This document shows positions 18,395-26,843 of a stretch of 38,567 nucleotides of DNA, piece after piece. A program made the position numbers and the translations under genes. Location: the IMG/VR virus record IMGVR_UViG_2531839486_000019, positions 1 to 38,567 of that record; one strand, given 5' to 3'. This DNA is from a virus (Duplodnaviria > Heunggongvirae > Uroviricota > Caudoviricetes). Every line of letters starts with the position of its first letter. Within the stretch, counting starts at the first letter, position 1. The notes below the pieces were generated by a model. It was not told the DNA's origin, did no database searches, and saw only the letters and a program-made list of their open reading frames with translations.

Positions 18395-18714
18395 TCACCT
18401 CCGTTACCGTACAGAGTTTCAGCCGCTGATTTTTCTACATCCCTGGAAACAGGAGCGATCGCCATATCAGTGATCTGCAGATCGGCGCTGCGATTAACAC
18501 CATCGTCAGTTTCTCTGGCAGACAGGCCTCGAATAACAGCCTTTGCAGTTATCATCACTTCTGTTCCGACGCCCTGAGGTTGCGCCTTCAGCTTATTCAA
18601 TGTGTCGTTATTAAGAGTGATGCACAGCCCCCACGGGTATTCATCGCGAGTTCTGGTTTCTCCGCTATCATCCTGGTAGCTGTCAGTGCCGGTTTTGAGG
18701 TTTACGAGTTCCAT
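18391..18714 (-). CDS. small virion protein (head-tail joining or decoration candidate)
   Basis: ATG at 18712-18714 (MELVNL...) with RBS AGGAG; the track ORF starts two codons earlier at GTG. Confidence 0.5.
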   Translation of the reverse strand: MELVNLKTGTDSYQDDSGETRTRDEYPWGLCITLNNDTLNKLKAQPQGVGTEVMITAKAVIRGLSARETDDGVNRSADLQITDMAIAPVSRDVEKSAAETLYGNGGE

Positions 18715-18764
18715 ATACACTCCTGCAATAAAGGGGCCGAAGCCCCTTGTCGGATTCGCGAGGC

Positions 18765-19100
18765 TTACACGCCCAGTTCTTTACGCTTATCTGCGATCTT
18801 CTCGCGGAGCGTTTCGGCTTTAGCGTTATGGTGTGGCTTCTCGTTAAAGAGCAATTCGTACTCTTCACGGAGCTTATCCAGTTCACCATCATCTGACACA
18901 TCGTTGATGATTTTGGTGCTGGTTGCTGCCATAGACACCTTTCCTGCTACCTTTGCTTTTGCCTGTCTGGCTGCATCGTTAACAGGTTCCAGTGCGCTAC
19001 CAGGCTCACCTTCGTATTCGATTTCTGCCCCCTCCGGCCACAGAGTGTTATGGATATGAGAGAGGCGCAGAACGCGGTATCTTGGTTTCTCACCTGACAT
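18765..19100 (-). CDS. hypothetical virion-module protein
   Basis: ATG at 19098-19100 (MSGEKP...) with RBS GGTGA 6 nt upstream; the track start is GTG. Confidence 0.5.
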   Translation of the reverse strand: MSGEKPRYRVLRLSHIHNTLWPEGAEIEYEGEPGSALEPVNDAARQAKAKVAGKVSMAATSTKIINDVSDDGELDKLREEYELLFNEKPHHNAKAETLREKIADKRKELGV

Positions 19101-19110
19101 CGATATCACC

Positions 19111-19548
19111 TTAACCAGTTACTTTTGAGCGGATCGGATACGGCGTATTGGCATCAACATCAAGACTGATACCCGCAGTGAATTCGCCAGCCGTTAGTGG
19201 GCCAGTTGCGACGGAGTAGTTAACGCGCAGATATCGCTGAACACCGGCAGGCACCTTTGCAGAAACAACTCGTTTACCTGCTGTCAGGGCGGTCTTTGCC
19301 AGTGCGCCACTATCATAAATAGTGGTCCATGAGCTGTTATTCTCACTCGTCTGCAACTGGATGTTTACAGTTGCATCACCGCTTGCCGCGGCGGCTGTGT
19401 TAACCAGCGCCCAAAACTCAAGCGGGTAACCCACGCCGATATCACGACGTTTTCCGTCAATTGGACCGAGATCGATTACGTCAGTAGAAGCCGCGGTATT
19501 CGTAACCGCCTGAGCTTCGGAGAACATCAACAGTTTGTCGGTGATCAT
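19111..19548 (-). CDS. hypothetical structural protein (capsid decoration candidate)
   Basis: ATG 19546-19548 with RBS GGAGA; lies directly after the major capsid gene. Confidence 0.5.
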   Translation of the reverse strand: MITDKLLMFSEAQAVTNTAASTDVIDLGPIDGKRRDIGVGYPLEFWALVNTAAAASGDATVNIQLQTSENNSSWTTIYDSGALAKTALTAGKRVVSAKVPAGVQRYLRVNYSVATGPLTAGEFTAGISLDVDANTPYPIRSKVTG

Positions 19549-19599
19549 CTTCTTTCTCCATTAGTGGGTCTGTTACGACCCACAGGTTAATAACAGGCG

Positions 19600-20592
19600 T
19601 TACACCACGCGGGCTTCTGTTTCCAGAAGCGCATCAGTTTCACGGATTGGTACACCACGGAATGAAGTCCACCACTCGCCTTCTGTCTCTTTTACGCTGA
19701 TCGCCAGAGATGTTTTCTCCAGAGATTGCAGATCAAGAGCCTGGCCTACAGTGCGGTTCATGTAGAACACCGGGCGACCCATGCCACGATTTGGAATGCG
19801 ATGCAGTGCTTTAACCATCAACTTCGCAATATTTGCGGCAGAGGAAGGTTCTGAAAGATTGCTGACATCGATGTTTGCAATGCGAACAACATAACGCCAG
19901 TCACGCAGAGCAAGTCCGTTGTCCCATTTGTAATGGGTACGGTAGCCTTCGTACTTGCCGCCATTCGCATCTTCCAGTGTCACCTGGCCTTTATCTTCCA
20001 TCTGGATGCCAGCCTTCTGCCCTTTCGGGAAGATGCCATGCACGGTGTTTTCGCCCCACACCACTAACCAGATTGAGGTGTTATCTGTACCCGTGCCACC
20101 AGCATCAATGATGTTCTGAGCATTACCCGCAGACAGGCTGGAATAGCGGGAGGACAGTCCCATAAACTGCTGAGGGTTAACGCTGGAATCACCATAAAAC
20201 AGCGTCTGCGCCATCTGCTGATTCATCGCTTCAATAAATGCGCGGTCTTCAGACAGGCGGAATTCGGCGGTATTGCCGTTCAGATCAGCCAGTGACTTAT
20301 CGACTTCAGCATAGGTTTCCAGCATGCCAACGGAATCTGTTACCTGCACTGTGGTTGATTTGCTTGGCTGTACGCCATAGTTCAGCAAACGCCAGGTAGC
20401 TGAAGGTAAACCAGAACGAATGGTGGTTCGGTGTCCGGTAGGAAGGTTCCCTTCGACAAAAGGCATATCCTGAAGGATCGGGTTAGTTTGACCGAGAAGC
20501 TCGATAATCTTATCGACTTTCCCGTTTGGATCGACGCGCTTACCCCAGTCAGCCAGCGTTAGCGCAGTTAAGCCTTTAACAGCCATTGTCAT
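19600..20592 (-). CDS. major capsid protein (T7 gp10-like)
   Basis: 330 aa after the scaffold gene; RBS GAGAGG favours the start at Met3 (20584-20586). Confidence 0.8.
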   Translation of the reverse strand: MTMAVKGLTALTLADWGKRVDPNGKVDKIIELLGQTNPILQDMPFVEGNLPTGHRTTIRSGLPSATWRLLNYGVQPSKSTTVQVTDSVGMLETYAEVDKSLADLNGNTAEFRLSEDRAFIEAMNQQMAQTLFYGDSSVNPQQFMGLSSRYSSLSAGNAQNIIDAGGTGTDNTSIWLVVWGENTVHGIFPKGQKAGIQMEDKGQVTLEDANGGKYEGYRTHYKWDNGLALRDWRYVVRIANIDVSNLSEPSSAANIAKLMVKALHRIPNRGMGRPVFYMNRTVGQALDLQSLEKTSLAISVKETEGEWWTSFRGVPIRETDALLETEARVV

Positions 20593-20600
20593 TTCCTCTC

Positions 20601-21302
20601 TTATTTGCCATAGAGCACTTCGGCCGCACTACGCTGGCCTTCATTACCACCGGTGACCATGCCATCTTCAGACATCGCCTTTCCGATTTTCACGAACGTT
20701 TTGACCAGATCAGGGTGATTACCCAGCCCGGTGGTGTTCAGATATTCTTTGAGTTCAGGTGTCCCGAACTGGTCAAGCGCACGCTGTGCGGCGCTAAGGT
20801 TAGAAATCAACTTGTCGCCACCGATTTCTTTGTCAGCTTTTACATCAGCAGCCCACTGCTCGGTTGTTTTCTGCCAGGCTTCTGCCTGGCGCTGCTGCAC
20901 ACCTGCCAGAATCTTCGGATAAGCATCAACCAGCTTTTGCGCTTGCTCGTTGGTCAGGTTAAGTTCTCGCGCCACCGGCTCGAATTCCTTCAACGCTTCT
21001 GTATCCAGCTCTACGCCTTCGGCAGCCTGAAACTCGTACTTCTCAGGCGCACCCTCTGGTTTATCGCCGTCCTTTTTTTCATCCTGTTTATCGTTTTCAG
21101 GCTTTTTGTCATCAGCAGGTTTATCGCCATCAGCAACAGGTTGTGGCTTATCACCTTCCGGTTGTGATGGATCACCAACTGGAGCAGGGTTATCACCTGC
21201 AGGCGCTGACGGTTCTGACGCAGCCGGAGCTGCTCCACCATCGACTGGTTGCTCATTGCAAAGACGGCGATACAGCAAACGCTCAAATAAATTCATGATC
21301 AC
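20601..21302 (-). CDS. scaffolding protein
   Basis: acidic, Pro/Asp/Lys-rich N-terminal region then helical C-terminus; between portal and capsid genes. Confidence 0.7.
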   Translation of the reverse strand: MIMNLFERLLYRRLCNEQPVDGGAAPAASEPSAPAGDNPAPVGDPSQPEGDKPQPVADGDKPADDKKPENDKQDEKKDGDKPEGAPEKYEFQAAEGVELDTEALKEFEPVARELNLTNEQAQKLVDAYPKILAGVQQRQAEAWQKTTEQWAADVKADKEIGGDKLISNLSAAQRALDQFGTPELKEYLNTTGLGNHPDLVKTFVKIGKAMSEDGMVTGGNEGQRSAAEVLYGK

Positions 21303-21595
21303 TCCTGTTCACTGGCCTCTTTGGCCATCTTCAAATACTGTTCAGGGCAATGCGCCATAACGCGCTGAAACAGTTCCAGCGCCAGATTGCGTTGCCCCTC
21401 ATTAAATGCCATTGCCATAGCGTCCATCGGTGATATAGCGGAAAACACACGGCCTTTCTCCAGCACCGACCAGACAACGCGACGCCCCTGTTCACTGCTC
21501 ATGACAAAGCGAATGTCATCAATTTCACGCTGCGCCATGTCACGTTGCTTACGGGCGTTTTCTTCTTTCAGTTGATCGTCTTCGTAATCTGTCAT
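21299..21595 (-). CDS. hypothetical 98-aa protein between portal and scaffold genes
   Basis: ATG overlaps portal stop and its own stop overlaps the scaffold start. Confidence 0.5.
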   Translation of the reverse strand: MTDYEDDQLKEENARKQRDMAQREIDDIRFVMSSEQGRRVVWSVLEKGRVFSAISPMDAMAMAFNEGQRNLALELFQRVMAHCPEQYLKMAKEASEQE

Positions 21596-23271
21596 TGTGA
21601 TTGCCCACCCTGACCACTAACTGCATTCGCCATAGCTGACAAAACACTCGGATCCGAAGTTTTAGCTTCGCTTAGCGTCTTGGCACCCTGTGCCGCCGCC
21701 ATCCCCATCGCCATCATTTGTTGCTGCTGTTGTTGCTGTGCCCGTTGCTGGCGAGCCTGCTCAACCTGTTCCTGCGGAACAATGACGGTTGGAGACACTC
21801 CGGACATATCAGCGAATGCATCGATCGCCTGATCAACGTTGAGTTTGTCGAGAGCTTCTGGTTTCGCTTGCGCAAGTTGACCAATGAAGTTGACCGTAGA
21901 CGCCAGACTGGACAGGCCGATAGACTTCTGCGCCTGAGCCATGACGGAAATGTATTCGACCTTCAGGGGCATACCTTCCATCGCGTCAGGCGGTGGCGGC
22001 AGCATGTTTTTACGCACCATCATCGAGAAAGCGCGGTCAATGAGAGGATTAAGACATTCGTCGTTCAGACGCTCCAGAACCGGACCCAACATCAGAAGTT
22101 TTTCTTCTTTCATTTCGATCACCGCTTCAACAGGCATCGAGCGGGTATTGATGTTCTGCAACATCATGAACAGATCGACAAAGTAGGCGCTGTTAATGAT
22201 TTGACGAGTGTCCTGAATGTCTGCTACCAGATCTGCTGTACTGGGGTTAACCAGATAAGCAGGCCTGAAACCATCCTGACCAGTAATCTGATCGATATAC
22301 GTGATGTCGCCAGGAAGAAGGGAGGCGCGCTGATTCTTGAGGGAAGTCGGAGCAACCATCGGCGGATTGGTGGCTTTATCAATCAACTGCGACTTGCGCT
22401 TCTGGAGAAGCTGCAATGCCTTAACAGGTCCAAGCGCCAGCATACCCGGGCATGATGATCCATAAACATCTTCGCCGTTAACTTCCCAGCGCGGAGCCAT
22501 AATTGGAAACTCATCGAATCCGGACTCACGCAACAACTTGTCGTTATCGCCACCAACCTCGTAATAAACCGATTTGAATGGCTTGTTCTTGCTATCCAGC
22601 TTCGATGTATCGCGGTCAATGTTCGGGTAAACCGAATGCATCACTTCAATCCACTTCTCGTAGGTGCCGCTTTCCCACATGCTTTTTACGGATTCGCTGA
22701 CGTTATTTAGTCCGAATTCCTGAACAAGCTGACGAACAGTCATAGAGAACTTGCGAAAACAGGTGTCCACACTGCCACGAGGTGAGTTAGCCAGGTAGTA
22801 ACTTCCTATCGGGAATGGCATTGTACGAATGATGTCCTCGTCATCCTCCAGCACCGCCATTGCACCGGTGCTGTATGTGCCGAGGCTTCCGTATAACTGC
22901 GGCAGCGACTGATAGAGATTCGACTTATTGAACATATCGTTCATGCGGTTCTGCACTGCCTCAAGCCACAACTTAACAGGGCCATAATCCATCATTTCAG
23001 GATCTGGCGTAGCCAGGCGAAACCACGGACGCGCGGGGCTTGTGATGCCTGACATCATGCCGCTGGCGAGAGTGCGCGCCGCCATAGTCCCGGTCGAATC
23101 AATAATGCGTGTATTGCGTCGATCGTTACGGTTGACCTCAGAAGTCAGAAAGCGGGAACCACGCGGGTTGATGTAATCACTCAACTCGCGCCAGTGCGGC
23201 TCGAACGACTGACGCTCGCTTTCAAGTTGTGCGAACTGTTTGTTCAATCGCTCTTTAGTTGTTTCCGCCAT
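21592..23271 (-). CDS. portal (head-to-tail connector) protein, podovirus type
   Basis: 559 aa; ATG 23269-23271 with RBS GGAG 8 nt upstream; poly-Gln/Ala C-terminal tail; sits after the terminase genes. Confidence 0.85.
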   Translation of the reverse strand: MAETTKERLNKQFAQLESERQSFEPHWRELSDYINPRGSRFLTSEVNRNDRRNTRIIDSTGTMAARTLASGMMSGITSPARPWFRLATPDPEMMDYGPVKLWLEAVQNRMNDMFNKSNLYQSLPQLYGSLGTYSTGAMAVLEDDEDIIRTMPFPIGSYYLANSPRGSVDTCFRKFSMTVRQLVQEFGLNNVSESVKSMWESGTYEKWIEVMHSVYPNIDRDTSKLDSKNKPFKSVYYEVGGDNDKLLRESGFDEFPIMAPRWEVNGEDVYGSSCPGMLALGPVKALQLLQKRKSQLIDKATNPPMVAPTSLKNQRASLLPGDITYIDQITGQDGFRPAYLVNPSTADLVADIQDTRQIINSAYFVDLFMMLQNINTRSMPVEAVIEMKEEKLLMLGPVLERLNDECLNPLIDRAFSMMVRKNMLPPPPDAMEGMPLKVEYISVMAQAQKSIGLSSLASTVNFIGQLAQAKPEALDKLNVDQAIDAFADMSGVSPTVIVPQEQVEQARQQRAQQQQQQQMMAMGMAAAQGAKTLSEAKTSDPSVLSAMANAVSGQGGQSQ

Positions 23272-23285
23272 TTCAATGACTCCGG

Positions 23286-23492
23286 TTACTGACCAAGCAG
23301 CGTTTTACCGCTGGTATTAGCGGTTGATGTGTCGCCCTGAGAACCGGTAAGCAGCGTAGAACTACGACCAGCAGCAGCGCGACGGCGACGAGTTTCTTCG
23401 TCGCGGGCATCAACAACGGCGGCATCCTGCTCCTGTGGTGCTGCCTGAACTTCTGGTGTTGCAGGCACTGACGGTGAGCTACCCATGCACAT
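23286..23492 (-). CDS. hypothetical small acidic low-complexity protein upstream of portal
   Basis: ATG 23490-23492 with GGAG 8 nt upstream; low-complexity sequence, so weakly supported. Confidence 0.3.
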   Translation of the reverse strand: MCMGSSPSVPATPEVQAAPQEQDAAVVDARDEETRRRRAAAGRSSTLLTGSQGDTSTANTSGKTLLGQ

Positions 23493-23560
23493 ATCAATGA
23501 CTCCGTACGCAATTAAATTATTACCAATTTAACCACATATGATTTATTTATCGTAGATAG

Positions 23561-23597
23561 TTGACATTTAACGCACAAATTATTACCTTTCAGGTAA
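23561..23597 (+). promoter_or_regulatory. candidate plus-strand promoter with operator-like dyad driving the tRNA operon
   Basis: perfect -35 TTGACA (23561-23566); dyad TTACC-TTTCA-GGTAA (23583-23597) over the -10 region; exact -10 hexamer ambiguous. Confidence 0.4.
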
Positions 23598-23919
23598 GCA
23601 AAGGGTTCATTCCGGTTATTAACCTGACTGGCTTGTCGTTAAATTGAACAGGTGGAGTGAGCTTTTATTTTGAGCAGTACGGCGTATGGCACATGCGCCG
23701 ATAGCGGTCTGGATACGTTTAAGGGGCACCCTCCCTTGCTCGGGCAAACGAACCAGGTAGCCGGAATGTGCAAGTCGAGCGGTTTTATTCCGCGCACGGG
23801 GATTCACCATCCCGGCGATTCGGTGTGACACCTCGGAAGAGACGAGGGTACAACGATGAGAGCATTTATGGAGCCGCGACAAAGTGTGGCGCCTTAACAG
23901 GCTAAGTGCTCTCAGCGTT

Positions 23920-23996
23920 GTGGCATTAGCTCAGTTGGACAGAGCAACCGCCTTCTAAGCGGTTGGTCGCAGGTTCGAATCCTGCATGCCACGCCA
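23920..23996 (+). tRNA. tRNA-Arg (anticodon UCU), phage-encoded
   Basis: 77-nt cloverleaf: acceptor GTGGCAT/ATGCCAC, D-stem GCTC/GAGC, anticodon stem ACCGC/GCGGT with loop CTTCTAA, T-arm GCAGG-TTCGAAT-CCTGC, discriminator G, encoded CCA. Confidence 0.85.
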
Positions 23997-24039
23997 GAAT
24001 CACGCCTAAGGACCGTGATGCCAGAAGTTCCAGGTGCTT

Positions 24040-24081
24040 GGCGGTGATGGTTTCCCTTGAAGGACTATCACCGCCCTTTTT
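24040..24081 (+). terminator. rho-independent terminator downstream of the tRNA
   Basis: stem ggcggtgat (24040-24048) / atcaccgcc (24067-24075) followed by CTTTTT. Confidence 0.5.
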
Positions 24082-24159
24082 ACAGCAGGACGCCATTGCG
24101 ATGACTTCATGCTGTAAACCCGTACAGCCACGGAAGGCATAACTCATTGCTTCCAGTTC

Positions 24160-24183
24160 GCCCGGTTCGCCGGGCATTTTTTT
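24160..24183 (+). terminator. second terminator-like hairpin ending 12 nt before the 123-aa gene start (attenuator candidate)
   Basis: stem gcccgg / ccgggc with ttcg loop, then A + TTTTTTT (24177-24183); RBS AAGGTGAGA follows directly. Confidence 0.45.
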
Positions 24184-24194
24184 AAGGTGAGATT

Positions 24195-24566
24195 ATGAAC
24201 GACCAGCAAATCGAAAAAGAAATCGTTGAGAAAGGAAAAACGGCACCGCGCGTTACGCCAGACCATATCGAAGGCATTATTGCTCAGGAGGCATATTTCA
24301 CAGCAGAAGATGGTGCCTTTGGCAAAGCCATAAAAGCGAAACATACTGGCGGAGAGGTAAACTACCAGCCGCACGAATCACTTTCTCTGCTGACGTTCTG
24401 CGTCCTGGTACTGCGCAACGGCTTCACCGTCACCGGAGAGAGTGCCTGTGCAAGTCCGGAAAATTTTGATGCAGAAATTGGTCGGAAGATTGCCCGGCAG
24501 AATGCTGTAAACAAAATCTGGATGCTCGAAGGTTACTTGCTGAAGCAGAAGCTAAGCGAGCAATAA
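24195..24566 (+). CDS. hypothetical 123-aa protein (cargo gene co-oriented with the tRNA)
   Basis: ATG 24195 with RBS AAGGTGAG 5 nt upstream; TAA at 24564-24566; terminator downstream. Confidence 0.6.
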   Translation: MNDQQIEKEIVEKGKTAPRVTPDHIEGIIAQEAYFTAEDGAFGKAIKAKHTGGEVNYQPHESLSLLTFCVLVLRNGFTVTGESACASPENFDAEIGRKIARQNAVNKIWMLEGYLLKQKLSEQ

Positions 24567-24586
24567 CACCGTGACATGTCACAAAC

Positions 24587-24614
24587 AGCCAGCCGATGAG
24601 CTGGCTTTGTTTTA
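24587..24614 (+). terminator. rho-independent terminator of the plus-strand cargo gene
   Basis: stem agccagc / gctggct, loop cgatga, then TTGTTTTA. Confidence 0.6.
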
Positions 24615-24656
24615 TCCTCATCAGAGGATATCAACGACATTATCCCCACCAGCGGA

Positions 24657-26132
24657 TTAAGCATACGGGTCATAATCTGTGATGGCCTTGCCTTGCTGGT
24701 TCTGCTGCCCAGGAATTCGCAGACGCTTCGACACAGGGAAAGCAAACGTCAGCAGTAGCGCATCGCCTTTACCCGGCGAACGCCCAAGTCGCTCTTTGAT
24801 ATCTTCCTTCGGTTCGATAACGATTTTACCGTCCACTCGAACTTTATACTCTGCCGCCGACAGGTCGTCCGCTGTTTCCTGGTCATCCAGCATCCCGCCG
24901 AGCCTCAGCCATGTCTTACATGAGTTGAACATCTCCCCACGCTTGTTAAGCATCTGCGGGTCAGTGGACGCACCGCCGAACGGAACAAGTTGCCATGTAC
25001 GTCCCCAGCCATCACCGATTGACTTCAGACCAGTTCCGTAACCGAAGTCGATGAACACTGCGTCAGCCTGGTACTGGTCTTCAAAGTCAGCGATACGCTT
25101 CGCCATTATCAGATCGTCAGTGGTCTTGTTGCCAGTCCATAGCACCTTACTATGCAACCCCTGCCGCAGGTATATCACCGCGTCATCAACGCCTGAATAT
25201 GCCGGGTCAACACCGATTATCACCGGAGCATGTGCCACCTGCGCAGCGGTTACCACCCGTTTCATTGCCTCATCAGTAAGACCGGTAGGGATAAACTGCA
25301 ATTCAGATGCATCAGGGAATATGCCGCGCACACGGATTTTAACGAAGTCGCTGTCTTCCCCGTAGTCATCAACCCATTTCTGCAACTGCTGTTTGTTAGT
25401 ACCTTCCACCGTCCGGCTGTCTATCTGCGCACACTTCCAGCGGTGCTTGTATTTGCGGAAGCATTCACGGAATCGCCCGGTATTACGCGTCGGGTTTCCG
25501 AACGCCACCCAAATAATCTCAGTGTCTTCGTCCGTAAGCGCACCCTCAGCAACTTCCCACACCAGATCCGCAATGTTCGACGCTTCATCAAACACCACGA
25601 TGATGCGTTTGCGCTCGTTGTGTAGTCCCGCGAACGCCTCAGTGTTGTGCTCAGACCAGGGGATTGCGTCAGCTCGCCACCGCTTGTCGTGCCCAGGATC
25701 ATTGCTGTACATCGCGGTAGCGGTACAGGTAAACCAGTCTTTCGTGATAGCAAGGTTCGACCACTTGATAATTTCCGGCCAGGTCTTCGTTCGTAGCTGG
25801 TTGTCGGTGTTGGCGGTCACCACGACCTTACAATCCTCGCAAGTGGACATGCCCCAGTTGATCAGCATTGAGATGAATGCGGATTTACCAATACCGTGAC
25901 CAGAAGCGCGTGCCAGCATAAGCGGCTGATAACGCGTCTCTGGATTCTGCAGGTGATCACGTATCTCTCGGAACGCATCGGCCTGCCACTGACGTGGGCC
26001 GGTAGCATGTGCCAGTTCAGTCCCCTCTTCCCCCCACGGGAACGCATAGAGGGCATAGCCAAGCGGATCGTGAGTGAACCCTGCAATATCCTCGATTAAC
26101 TGCTCTTCAGGAGATAACGCTGTATCTGTCAC
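24657..26132 (-). CDS. terminase large subunit
   Basis: 491 aa with N-terminal ATPase (Walker A-like GHGIGKS) and C-terminal nuclease-like region; GTG start overlaps small-subunit stop (GTGA). Confidence 0.9.
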   Translation of the reverse strand: MTDTALSPEEQLIEDIAGFTHDPLGYALYAFPWGEEGTELAHATGPRQWQADAFREIRDHLQNPETRYQPLMLARASGHGIGKSAFISMLINWGMSTCEDCKVVVTANTDNQLRTKTWPEIIKWSNLAITKDWFTCTATAMYSNDPGHDKRWRADAIPWSEHNTEAFAGLHNERKRIIVVFDEASNIADLVWEVAEGALTDEDTEIIWVAFGNPTRNTGRFRECFRKYKHRWKCAQIDSRTVEGTNKQQLQKWVDDYGEDSDFVKIRVRGIFPDASELQFIPTGLTDEAMKRVVTAAQVAHAPVIIGVDPAYSGVDDAVIYLRQGLHSKVLWTGNKTTDDLIMAKRIADFEDQYQADAVFIDFGYGTGLKSIGDGWGRTWQLVPFGGASTDPQMLNKRGEMFNSCKTWLRLGGMLDDQETADDLSAAEYKVRVDGKIVIEPKEDIKERLGRSPGKGDALLLTFAFPVSKRLRIPGQQNQQGKAITDYDPYA

Positions 26133-26725
26133 TGATTACCATCCTGACGTTCTTTGAGTCGCTTCCTGGCTGCTGCTATGCGATCAGCAATTGTCACATT
26201 CACATTAACATCCAGACGTTCTTTGAACGCGTTGACATCAACATGCTTACCAATCAGCTCAAGGTTCTTCACCTTGTCCGGCCATTTGATTTTTTTGAGG
26301 ATTGTCTCTATCGAATCCTCGTTCATGTTCATGATGGTCGATGACAGATCAAAGCCGCTAAGCGTAGTGCGCCAGATTTTCGGCCACTCGCGGATTGGTT
26401 TAAGGCTCCCATCGTCGTTGAGGATGTCGATCACGTCCATCTGGTCGATCTCCACCAGGCGCATGAGAACGTAATCAGCACTGACGCGCATTCGTTTGTT
26501 GCGTTCCTCCATCAGCTCGGCAATCCGTTTCTGAATGCGTTCATCTCGCATCATGACACTGGCTTTAACTGCCGCTGTATTTGGGGAGAATCCTGCGTTA
26601 ATCGCTGCCTGAGTCTGGTTTTCAGGCGTTTTGATGTATGACTGGCAATAAGCCTCCTGCATTGCTGTTAGTGGCTTAAATTGCGTTGATTTGCGTTTAT
26701 AGGTTTTAGTTTCAGCAGGCATCAT
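26129..26725 (-). CDS. terminase small subunit
   Basis: start moved to ATG 26723-26725 (MMPAETK...); the upstream 26 track codons translate a tandem DNA repeat and are unlikely coding. Confidence 0.7.
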   Translation of the reverse strand: MMPAETKTYKRKSTQFKPLTAMQEAYCQSYIKTPENQTQAAINAGFSPNTAAVKASVMMRDERIQKRIAELMEERNKRMRVSADYVLMRLVEIDQMDVIDILNDDGSLKPIREWPKIWRTTLSGFDLSSTIMNMNEDSIETILKKIKWPDKVKNLELIGKHVDVNAFKERLDVNVNVTIADRIAAARKRLKERQDGNQ

Positions 26726-26732
26726 AACCACC

Positions 26733-26764
26733 GTGGTAATAGTTACCGTTGTGGTAATAGTACC
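26733..26764. repeat. tandem direct repeat GTGGTAATAG(T)TACC x2 immediately upstream of the terminase small gene
   Basis: copies at 26733-26747 and 26751-26764; each is itself a GGTAA...TTACC dyad. Confidence 0.6.
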
Positions 26765-26768
26765 ATGC

Positions 26769-26794
26769 AAAATAAAGCCGCCATAGTTGGCGGC
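26769..26794 (-). terminator. hairpin plus T-run (minus strand) just upstream of the terminase operon
   Basis: stem gccgcca / tggcggc with tagt loop; on the minus strand it is followed by TTTATTTT. Confidence 0.45.
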
Positions 26795-26843
26795 AGTATT
26801 CAAAACACATCAAATTCATCATGCATAATCTACTCGTGACATG

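Noticed and set aside
21718-22455. 245-aa plus-strand ORF
   Set aside because: Entirely antisense to the portal gene; Arg/His-rich; typical shadow ORF of a GC-balanced coding region.
23273-23512. 79-aa minus-strand ORF (alternative frame to 23286..23492)
   Set aside because: TTG start and Arg/Leu/Cys-rich sequence; the overlapping frame starting at ATG 23490-23492 with a GGAG RBS is more plausible.
23619-23882. 87-aa minus-strand ORF in the tRNA leader region
   Set aside because: TTG start, no Shine-Dalgarno, Arg/His/Cys-rich composition. Not fully excluded, since a minus-strand late gene here is possible.
23926-24177. 83-aa minus-strand ORF
   Set aside because: It lies over the tRNA-Arg gene and its terminator; the cloverleaf explains the sequence and the ORF has no RBS.
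25393-25899. 168-aa plus-strand ORF and neighbouring plus ORFs (24679..25041, 25051..25365, 25230..25625)
   Set aside because: All antisense to the large terminase gene, Ser/Arg/Cys-rich and without RBS.
26726-26803. First 26 codons of the terminase small-subunit track ORF (MNTAANYGGFILHGTITTTVTITTVV)
   Set aside because: This is the translation of the tandem GTGGTAATAG repeats; the downstream ATG pair at 26720-26725 gives a sensible N-terminus.
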